A stretch of DNA of 64,000 nt, from positions 93,712 through 157,711 of the forward strand of contig CBDBZX010000010.1 of the NCBI GenBank assembly GCA_965213645.1, read 5' to 3'. The notes below the pieces were generated by a model. It was not told the origin of the DNA. It searched no databases and saw nothing but the letters and a program-made list of their open reading frames with translations. Both the position numbers and the translations under genes were made by a program. This stretch comes from Trueperaceae bacterium. GTDB taxonomy: Bacteria; Deinococcota; Deinococci; Deinococcales; Trueperaceae. Below are positions 7,754 to 15,702 of the stretch, piece after piece; position 1 is the first letter of the stretch; each line of letters begins with the position of its first letter.

Positions 7754-8524
7754 TCAACCGCACCAGGGCGCGACGCGCCCCCACGTGCCCGTGTTGACCC
7801 AAGCGTCCGAAATCCACTTGCCACTCTCGAGCTTATCCCAGAGCCTCGAGTACTGCCCGCCGAGTTCAGCGGGTCCTTTGACCCGTGTGCCCCGTTTATG
7901 GCAAACGATCTTGACCTTCTGGCCGCCTGTCTTCTGCCCGACGACGCGGTAATTCGTGCCGGGGCCGCTCCGCAGGTTCACCGTGTAACCCGCCGGAATC
8001 GTGCCCGTGGCGTACTGCTTGCCGCCCGACACCTTGCTGACGGCGCGTCTGGCTTGTCCTAGGTACTGCTTATACGCGCCGCTGTTATAGGCGACCCAAG
8101 CTGTCCAGTTGCCCCGCTGCCGGTAGATGTTGACCGCCGCTTTCGTGTTGCAGGAGGCGTTGTAGAGGCAGTTCGCCGAGTAGCCGTGAATGCTGTTGAT
8201 CTGATAGAGACCTCGGTCTACCGAGCCGTTGGTATTGCTGTTATAGGCGTCTTGGCACAAGCTTGACTCGGCTTTGGCAATCGCGCCCGCTGTGGCCCAT
8301 TGACTTTTAGGCAAGCGCCCGTCGCGTTTAAGTAGCTTGATCGTCCTCGTCATCGAGATACGTTTACACGCCGCCAGATTCTCGATGTCGGGTTGGGGCG
8401 TCGGCGGGGCGGATTGCTGGCTACAACCCGCGACGAGTGCGAGGAGCAGTGCGGCGATGAGTAAACCTGCTCTGCGTCTGAAAAGCTCTTGCGACGCCGC
8501 TCTATAGATGCTTATACGTCTCAT
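7754..8524 (-). CDS. Lipoprotein lysozyme-like/SLT-type glycosidase with C-terminal SH3b-like module
   Basis: Lipobox LLALVAGCS. AIAKAESSLC...VDRGLYQINS...TAWVAY (Glu-Ser / GLYQIN transglycosylase-like motifs). Module TVNLRSGPGTNYRVVGQKTGG...RVAPWCG. Confidence 0.75.
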   Translation of the reverse strand: MRRISIYRAASQELFRRRAGLLIAALLLALVAGCSQQSAPPTPQPDIENLAACKRISMTRTIKLLKRDGRLPKSQWATAGAIAKAESSLCQDAYNSNTNGSVDRGLYQINSIHGYSANCLYNASCNTKAAVNIYRQRGNWTAWVAYNSGAYKQYLGQARRAVSKVSGGKQYATGTIPAGYTVNLRSGPGTNYRVVGQKTGGQKVKIVCHKRGTRVKGPAELGGQYSRLWDKLESGKWISDAWVNTGTWGRVAPWCG

Positions 8525-8777
8525 GAGAAATGGATGGGTAAGCGCAAGATGTTAAATTTTACACATTGACAGCTCGAGTCTCGCCTGCCTTGCGGATAAA
8601 TTTGCCACTCATGATGAGTCAGCCGTTCCATAAGTATGTCCTCTCCCAAAGGTCACTTCAGACGGCGTATAGAGATAGCGAAAGCATAAAGCTAACCGTC
8701 CTACACACGGATTCTTAAACCTCGTCCCCTTTCTGAGATGCGCATCTCGAACGCTCATCAGCTTGTCATAGGGGGGT

Positions 8778-8848
8778 TGAGAAGCGCCTGAGAAGAGCTG
8801 ATAAACCCCTGAGTTTGGGCCCCTACACGCTCATCGTCCTCTGATAAA
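8778..8848 (+). promoter_or_regulatory. Phased heptad direct repeats (TGAGAAG, TGAGAAG, TGATAAA, TGAGTTT, TGATAAA): candidate SARP box upstream of the regulator gene
   Basis: Heptads start at 8778, 8789, 8799, 8810 and 8842 (spacings 11, 10, 11, 32 nt), i.e. on one helical face. They lie 30-100 nt upstream of the GTG start at 8879. Confidence 0.4.
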
Positions 8849-8878
8849 AGACTCACCTTCCGTTGCTAATCTGACTTC

Positions 8879-11143
8879 GTGCAACTGAAAACTTTCGGGG
8901 GGCTGAGCTTAGAGGGTGCGAACTTTCAGCGGGAAACGCCGCTCATGGTGCTCGTCTACCTCTCGCTCGAGGGGGAGAAACCGCGTAGGCACGTCGCTGA
9001 CCTCTTCTGGCCCGACAAAACAAATAAGACACAGCGCCTCAACAATCTCTCGCGGGTGCTCTCCGACCTACGTAAATACGCGCCCGGCACGTTCGGGGCG
9101 AGCCGTACCCACGTTCGCTCGGCGGTGAACTGCGACGTGCTCGAGTTCCGCCGCGCCCTGCTCGGGAGCGACCACCGAAGGGCCGAAAACCTCTACCGAG
9201 GCCCCTTTTTAGAAGGCCACCTATCTGGCTGGGGCGTCGAACTCGAGGAGTGGATAGACGAGCAGCGTCGCCTCGCTGCCCAGCAGATGCAAGAGGCGTG
9301 TCTCGCGCTCGCTGAGCATGAGGCGGCGAAGCGGCAGTTCGTGCGTGCGGCGTCCTGGGCACAGCAGGCCCACGAACGAAGCGACACGCTCGAGCCTGAC
9401 CTCTCAGAGCGCTTCTACACCCTGCTCGCTGCCGCTGATCACCCACTTGCGGGCGCGGTGCAGCGCGACATGAAAGACTACGACATAGGGCTGTCCCTCT
9501 CCAAAGAGGAGGCGCGGCTCCAACTCAGCCCGACCTTTATTGGGCGAGAACGCGAGCGGGCGCGTCTGCAGGGGCTCGAGGACAGTAGTTGGCTCTGGCT
9601 CAGAGGGGCACAGGGCATGGGCAAAACGAGCCTCCTCAAGCGCCTGCCCGGTACCTTTTTGCCTGCTCGCTCAGGGACGCCGTTAGCGACCCTGGAACCC
9701 CTTTTAGGTGCAGACGTCCACTTGACGGCCAACAGGGGACGGGCCTGGATTCTGCAGAGCCTCCGGGCGCGTGAGGGAACCTGGCTGTTCGACGACTGGG
9801 AAGAGATGGACGCTGAGAGCCGCGAGCTTCTGATATGCCTTCGCAAGTTGAAGCCCCAGCTCCGGGTCGTTATCACTGGGGAAGTGCCGCCGCCTTTCCC
9901 GGTGGATACAGTTTTGGAATTAGGACCTCTTCCCGCCGAAGCACTCGAGGCTTATCCCGGCGCTTGGGAGAAGACGGGTGGGCTGCCCGGCCTCGTCCAC
10001 GCCTACCTGCAAAGGGCGTCTTTAGAGCGCGTGCTAGAGACGCGACTCGCGACCTTCTCCGAGGAGGTGCGCGATGTCTTTTTCGGGCTCACGTTGCTCG
10101 AAGTACCCTGTGTCGCCTTAGTCCGCCGCGCTCTGGGCCTGGACGCTGAAGCGATGACGGGTGCGCTAGACGCCTTGCTGGGAGCCGCCCTCATCACCTC
10201 GTCGGGACGGGTCAGGGCGCACGTGACCGCGTCGGCGCTCCTAGCTTCGCACCCATCGCAGCTCGGTCCCTTGGCCCTCAAACTCGCCCGCTGCTCGGAG
10301 CCTAAGGAGGCGTTTACACTCTATCAACGGGTTCGCGCTTTCTGGACGCAAGCAGATAAACCCGCTATCCGACGCGCCTACGCAGCTTATGCACAGCACC
10401 TCCGGCAGCAAGGGCATTCGGAACAAGCCGACGCCGTCCTACGTGAAGCGTCGCCTGATGAGGAAGTTTCGCTCCTCGGTACTTCGCCCGTAAAAAACGA
10501 GACTTCGCCCGTAAAGAACGAGCAAAGCGACCCAGGCGTATCCGTAGAGGCTGCACCTACCGAAGCCGAGCATTCTCACGTCATCGAAAGGCGCTTTCCG
10601 AGATGGTGGGCGGCAACGCATGTCGTAGGTTTTTTGCTCATCGCACTATTTAGTTCACGCGGCGCTGCCGACGCGGTGACGACGGGCGGTATCATTCTCT
10701 CCACCCTGCTCGTATTAGCCGTGCTGCTCTGTCTGGGGTGGCGACTGGTGCGCCTCAAAACGTCGTCGGTTTGCTGGTCGGGGGTCGGGGTCGCTGTTGC
10801 TGCTGGCGGGGCTTTGGCGCTCGCCACGCTGAGCCATTTGGGTCAGCTCGAGAGCCTCATGTGTTTAGGAAGTGTCGCGACGGTTGTGGGAACCGGAGCG
10901 ACGATAGGTGCGGCCAGAGGCTCTAAAGCCGGGCTCTGCGGCTCGGCCTTCGCCGCCCTCGGTGCACTTTTTGCAGCCGTGCAGCTCTCCTGGGGGACGG
11001 ATGTCGGTCTGCTGAGCGAACTCAATATGTCGCTGCTGACCATGCAACTCGTGCTCAGTGTCGGGGCTGCGTTCTGGGGTTATCTCCTTGCGCTTATCAT
11101 CTTGTCGTCACTCGGGTCCAGAGGATTATTTGTAAAGGGGTAG
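8879..11143 (+). CDS. SARP/AfsR-like regulator: winged-helix + BTAD domain, P-loop NTPase domain, C-terminal multi-pass membrane domain
   Basis: 754-aa ORF. N-terminus MQLKTFGGLSLEG...ADLFWPD...LSDLRKY, then the BTAD-like stretch FRRALLG...LYRGPFLEG...WIDEQRRL. Walker A LRGAQGMGKTSLLKRL. The last ~190 aa are hydrophobic helices. Confidence 0.65.
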   Translation: MQLKTFGGLSLEGANFQRETPLMVLVYLSLEGEKPRRHVADLFWPDKTNKTQRLNNLSRVLSDLRKYAPGTFGASRTHVRSAVNCDVLEFRRALLGSDHRRAENLYRGPFLEGHLSGWGVELEEWIDEQRRLAAQQMQEACLALAEHEAAKRQFVRAASWAQQAHERSDTLEPDLSERFYTLLAAADHPLAGAVQRDMKDYDIGLSLSKEEARLQLSPTFIGRERERARLQGLEDSSWLWLRGAQGMGKTSLLKRLPGTFLPARSGTPLATLEPLLGADVHLTANRGRAWILQSLRAREGTWLFDDWEEMDAESRELLICLRKLKPQLRVVITGEVPPPFPVDTVLELGPLPAEALEAYPGAWEKTGGLPGLVHAYLQRASLERVLETRLATFSEEVRDVFFGLTLLEVPCVALVRRALGLDAEAMTGALDALLGAALITSSGRVRAHVTASALLASHPSQLGPLALKLARCSEPKEAFTLYQRVRAFWTQADKPAIRRAYAAYAQHLRQQGHSEQADAVLREASPDEEVSLLGTSPVKNETSPVKNEQSDPGVSVEAAPTEAEHSHVIERRFPRWWAATHVVGFLLIALFSSRGAADAVTTGGIILSTLLVLAVLLCLGWRLVRLKTSSVCWSGVGVAVAAGGALALATLSHLGQLESLMCLGSVATVVGTGATIGAARGSKAGLCGSAFAALGALFAAVQLSWGTDVGLLSELNMSLLTMQLVLSVGAAFWGYLLALIILSSLGSRGLFVKG
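10481..10522 (+). repeat. 21-nt x2 in-frame tandem duplication (TSPVKNE TSPVKNE) in the linker before the membrane domain
   Basis: acttcgcccgtaaaaaacgag / acttcgcccgtaaagaacgag, one mismatch. Confidence 0.9.
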
Positions 11144-11707
11144 AGTGCGAGCACGAGGATATAGACAAGATGATGAGCCGCCAGACTGATGTAGACCTGG
11201 CGACTCTCCTTCGTTGAGGTTCCCCGGCGCAGAGGTCGTTCTGCTGCAACTGCTGCTTTACGCCGGTGACAGAATTTGGGGTGTCGGTAGCAGCGCAGTC
11301 AGGGGAGATCTCTTCACCGTAGACGCGCGAAGCTTTGTGGGACTGATCTAGGCTAGAGAGTCCTTTCAGGTGGTAGGGGCAGGCTACTGTACGGCGCAGG
11401 AGTAGCAGGTCCAGATGTCGATGAGTTTACAGTCGGGGCTAAACTTCCTGGAGATTAGCACCTTTTCCTTGGTGGCATCACCTCGACCTTCACGAAGACC
11501 GAGACTTTCTTGCCGCAGACACCGGTGGGTGGGAGCAGTTGGAATGACGAAAGAAGCAGCGGGTGAAGCGCGGTTGGAGGCTAAACGTAGCGAACAGTCG
11601 GGTCGTGTTACGAGGGGCGGCACAACATTTGTCCGTCTATTTACCGAAAGTAGCGTGCGGCGTATCAGCTCTCATCTCTAAACCCAAACCGACCCGACGC
11701 ACCCAAG

Positions 11708-13885
11708 CTAAGGCGCTAAACGCTTCTCTTGCAACCTGAGAACCACTTCGGTCTCCGGCGCTGCGGCGTCTCGAGCGAGGCGGACCCGGTAGTCGCCCTT
11801 GGCTACGGTCCAACCAGGGGTATCCGGGTCGTAGGACGCCATCACGCGCAGCTCGTCGCAGATGATGCGGACTGTCGCCGACTGACCTGGCTCGAGCGCA
11901 ACACGCGCCCAACCCGCGAGACGGAAGGTCGGCTCGCTCGCCCCGGCTGGCTCTACGGGCGGCGCGACGTAAACTTGCGGCGTGTCGGTTCCGGTGCGCT
12001 CGCCCACGTTGCTCACCGTCAGCGATACCTCGATTATCCCATCGCCGTTTACCGTAATCTCGACGTTGCTGTAGTCGAAGTGCGTATAAGACAACCCGAA
12101 CCCGAACGGGAACAGGGGCGGTCGCCCCTCGCGAGCGTGCCAGCGGTAGCCGATATCGGCCCCCTCGATGTCGTAGTTGACGCCGACATAGTCGCCCCGG
12201 CGCGGTTGCCCCGGGAAGGATGTCGTATCCTCAGGTGAGCGCACCTCCGGGCGCGGCAGGTCCGCTTCTTCGACCGGAAAACTGACCGGTAGCCTGCCCG
12301 AAGGCGTCACCTCACCTGTCAGTACCGCCGCGATCGCCTGTGCCCCCGCGCTGCCGCCGTACCACGCAGCCAGCACCGCTGACACGTCGTCCAGCCAAGG
12401 CATCAACACCGCCCCCGGCGTTTCCAGAATCACCACCGTCTGAGTCGCCCGTGCCGCTGCCAGCGCAATTAAATCATCTTGAGTGCCACCCAAAGAGAGG
12501 TCGGTGGCGTCCCAGCCTTCAGTAGCCCATTTCTCAGCGAAGATGATGGCGATGTCGTCATCGCGCAGTTCCGACAGATCGTCGCCCAGGAACACGACTT
12601 CGCTTTCACCGAAGCGTTCTTTTATCGTATTGAGCGGCGAAGGACCGTGATAAATACGCGGGAACTCCATCTGCGGAACGCGCGCCCCCTCTCTTTTGGC
12701 GTGTTCTGGTGGCGTCACCGCCGAGCTGCCACCGCCCGAGAGTACCCCGAGGTCGGCGTTCTCGCCGAGCACGGCGATACGTCCTTGCGGCGGGTTTAGC
12801 GGCAAAACATCGTCATTTTTCAGTAGCACAAGGGACTGTTCAGCGACCTGACGCGCGACCTCCAGGTGGCGTGGCAGCGGGGCGAGGTCGGGCAACCGAC
12901 GCTCCTCTAGCGCGCCGACGGAGTGCAGCGCGGCGAGGATGCGGGTCACCATGTCGTCCAGCCGCGCCTCGCTGACCCTACCCTCGGTTACCGCGACTTT
13001 AAGCGGCTCGCCAAAAAAATGTGCCGTGTCCAGGTCCCAGCCCGACTGCCGGTCTAACCCGGCCCACGCCGCATGCTCAGTTGAATGGGTCGCGCCCCAG
13101 TCCGACATGACGAAGCCCTTGAACTGCCAGTCGCCCTTGAGAACCGCAGTGAGCAGGAAATGACTTTCCGACGCATAAATCTTGTTGACCATGTTGTAGC
13201 CGGGCATGATCGAGCGCGGCTGACCGTGTTCAGTAGCAAGCTGGAACGAGAGCAGGTCGGACTCACGCAGCGCCTTTTCGCTAATGTCCGAGCTGACCAT
13301 CACCCGCCCGGTCTCCTCGGGATTGACGGCATAGTGCTTCAGCGTCGAGACGACACCCTGCGACTGGATGCCTGCGACGGACGCCCCTGTGAGCAGACCG
13401 GTATGCAGCGCATCCTCACCTATATATTCGAAGATGCGACCGCCGCGCGGCTCGCGTATCAGGTTCATGCCGCCAGCGAGCTGGACGGAGAAGCCCAGGT
13501 GCCGCGCCTGAGCACCAACAGCCTCGCCCACCGCGTGCGCTGCGTCACGGCAGAAGGTCGCGCCCAAGGCAATGAGCGCGGGAAAGGCGGTGACATCCTC
13601 TTGACTACGAACGTCGTTGGGGTTGGTGACGCCCATGCTAGCGTCGCTCTCGTCCCACATAGGGATGCCCAGGCGAGGCACGCCGGACGTCGCCGCGGCC
13701 GAGCCGTGCGCGCCCTCCAGCGCTCCATCCGCCGCCATTGGAGCCGACACGAGTGAGACCTTTTCGTCCAAGGTCATCTGGGCGACCAGCGCTTCGGCTG
13801 CCGCCCAGTCGTCTTGCCAGCCGGTCCACGGTCCGGGTTCGGCGCGGAAATGACAGATTATCTCTGTAGTCATTATCTTCCCCAT
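11708..13885 (-). CDS. Glycoside hydrolase family 3 beta-glucosidase (BglX-like)
   Basis: 725-aa ORF. GH3 nucleophile motif KGFVMSDWGATHS. Typical GH3 N- and C-terminal domain layout plus a fibronectin-like tail. Confidence 0.85.
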   Translation of the reverse strand: MGKIMTTEIICHFRAEPGPWTGWQDDWAAAEALVAQMTLDEKVSLVSAPMAADGALEGAHGSAAATSGVPRLGIPMWDESDASMGVTNPNDVRSQEDVTAFPALIALGATFCRDAAHAVGEAVGAQARHLGFSVQLAGGMNLIREPRGGRIFEYIGEDALHTGLLTGASVAGIQSQGVVSTLKHYAVNPEETGRVMVSSDISEKALRESDLLSFQLATEHGQPRSIMPGYNMVNKIYASESHFLLTAVLKGDWQFKGFVMSDWGATHSTEHAAWAGLDRQSGWDLDTAHFFGEPLKVAVTEGRVSEARLDDMVTRILAALHSVGALEERRLPDLAPLPRHLEVARQVAEQSLVLLKNDDVLPLNPPQGRIAVLGENADLGVLSGGGSSAVTPPEHAKREGARVPQMEFPRIYHGPSPLNTIKERFGESEVVFLGDDLSELRDDDIAIIFAEKWATEGWDATDLSLGGTQDDLIALAAARATQTVVILETPGAVLMPWLDDVSAVLAAWYGGSAGAQAIAAVLTGEVTPSGRLPVSFPVEEADLPRPEVRSPEDTTSFPGQPRRGDYVGVNYDIEGADIGYRWHAREGRPPLFPFGFGLSYTHFDYSNVEITVNGDGIIEVSLTVSNVGERTGTDTPQVYVAPPVEPAGASEPTFRLAGWARVALEPGQSATVRIICDELRVMASYDPDTPGWTVAKGDYRVRLARDAAAPETEVVLRLQEKRLAP

Positions 13886-14173
13886 TCCTCGATCTGTTTC
13901 AGCCTAATTCTAAAGACAACATAGGCGCTGTCTCCGAGCCCACGTTCTACAATCACCTTCGCGTATGTCTGGCGCACAGCGCCGCAAGACAGCCTAGCCC
14001 TTGCAGGGCACCAAGTTAGCTGGTGCAGTATTAGTTAGAGACTACCTCTCCTGGGTACAGGCTCGGTGCATCAGAAAGAAACCTGCAACTGTGAAGATAA
14101 CCCTTGAAACTCCACATGAATAGTTTTTGTAGGAGCGGTAGCACATAGGATAAAAGATGGTGTAACGTCAGCC

Positions 14174-15022
14174 ATGCCTCTCGTCTATCTCTTAGCGCTC
14201 CTCGTGCTCCTCGCCGCCTTGATAGGGCAGCGTCGCCCTTCTACGGACCTCGCGGGAAGAGGTGAGCGCGACTGGCAGCCCGACCTCGCGAGACAAGCCT
14301 ATGGAACCTTGGGGGGTGACACCTTGACACTCCACAACGTTCGCAACAGCCGCTATCCTGACTCCGGTGGGTCCGTTGATGTGGTGTGGGAAACGCGCCG
14401 CTACGACCTCAGTAAGGTGACACGCCTCTGGTTCCTCATCGCCTCCTTCAGCCGCTTCGAGGCCGTCGCCCACACCTTTTTGAGCTTTGAATTTGAAGAT
14501 GGTCAGTTCTTAGCGGTGTCGGCGGAGGCTCGAGTTGAGCAGGACAAGGAATATAACCTCGTGGAGGGCGTGCTCCGACACTTTGAGCTGAGCTACGTGT
14601 TCGGCGACGAGCGCGACCTCGTGTTGCGCCGCACCTTATATCAAGACACCGAAGTGTACCTCTATCCGCTGATCACGCCGTCCCGTGAGGTTCGCAGCTT
14701 GCTCGTGCGCATGGTTGAAACGGCGAACGAGCTGCGCGAACACGCCCGCTTCTACAACAGCGTCACGGAAAACTGTACGAGCGTCCTGCGCGAACACGCC
14801 AACGAGGTGCGCCCCGGCTCCTTCCGCTCGTTTGCACTCGCTCAGGTGATGCCCGGTATCTCAGACCGGGTGCTCTACCATAGAGGCTGGATCGACACCA
14901 ACTTGCCCTTTGAAGAGATACGCGAGCACTTCGCTATTCAGGAGAAGACGCGACATTGCGAGGTGAATGAGGGGTTCTCGAGCTGCATCCGGAAGGGGCT
15001 GCAAGAAGGCGTAAAGAGGTGA
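14174..15022 (+). CDS. DUF4105 (Lnb N-terminal-domain-like) membrane-anchored protein
   Basis: N-terminal TM helix. AHTFLSFEFEDGQFLAVSAEAR...YNLVEG...ELSYVFGDERDLVLRRT...FYNSVTENCTS matches my recollection of DUF4105. Confidence 0.55.
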   Translation: MPLVYLLALLVLLAALIGQRRPSTDLAGRGERDWQPDLARQAYGTLGGDTLTLHNVRNSRYPDSGGSVDVVWETRRYDLSKVTRLWFLIASFSRFEAVAHTFLSFEFEDGQFLAVSAEARVEQDKEYNLVEGVLRHFELSYVFGDERDLVLRRTLYQDTEVYLYPLITPSREVRSLLVRMVETANELREHARFYNSVTENCTSVLREHANEVRPGSFRSFALAQVMPGISDRVLYHRGWIDTNLPFEEIREHFAIQEKTRHCEVNEGFSSCIRKGLQEGVKR

Positions 15023-15702
15023 GCGCCGTGGCGGAACTGTGGCGTATCATCTGGAGCAGCCTCACGCTAGACTGGGACTTATGGCGCGACCTCGTCGCCA
15101 ATCCTGATGCAGTGCGCTTCCAGTTCGCGGTTCTCATCGTCGTTTTGGCAGGACTCTCTGAAGCCGCCGCGCAAAGCGTGATCTTGTTTCTCAATCAGGT
15201 CAGGCCGCACCGCTTCATCGCCAGCCTGGTTATCAACGCCTTTCTGTTCACCTTCGGCTACGTCTTCTACGTGCTGAGCATCAACCTGGTCGCCCGCGTT
15301 CTGTACGGCGCACCCCGCCCTAATGAACTCATCTTCGACAGCATTGCCCTGACCTACGCGCCCCTTATCTTGAGCTTTTTAAGCCTCATCCCCTACTTCG
15401 GGCGGGGCATCAGGATCGTTCTGTCGGTCTATCACGCGCTGGCGCTGCTCATCGCGGTGCGCGTCACGTTCGCCCTGGAGCCGCCCCAACCCGTCGTCTG
15501 CGTCGCGGTGGGCTGGGTGCTCCTCACCCTCCTGAGCGGGACGATAGGTCGCCCCATCACCGTCTTTGCGCGTTTCTTGCGCAACCGCTTCGCGGGCAAG
15601 CAGCTTCTGAACTTAGAAGAGGTGCGTCAGCGCTACCGCGAGCGGCTCACTCAGGGTGACGCACAGATGCGTAATCAAGCTGAAAGTCAGGGCGAAGCGT
15701 GA
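15019..15702 (+). CDS. Integral membrane protein (about 5 TM helices, Yip1-like topology)
   Basis: GTGA start/stop overlap with the upstream gene. Hydrophobic helices throughout. Confidence 0.5.
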   Translation: MSAVAELWRIIWSSLTLDWDLWRDLVANPDAVRFQFAVLIVVLAGLSEAAAQSVILFLNQVRPHRFIASLVINAFLFTFGYVFYVLSINLVARVLYGAPRPNELIFDSIALTYAPLILSFLSLIPYFGRGIRIVLSVYHALALLIAVRVTFALEPPQPVVCVAVGWVLLTLLSGTIGRPITVFARFLRNRFAGKQLLNLEEVRQRYRERLTQGDAQMRNQAESQGEA

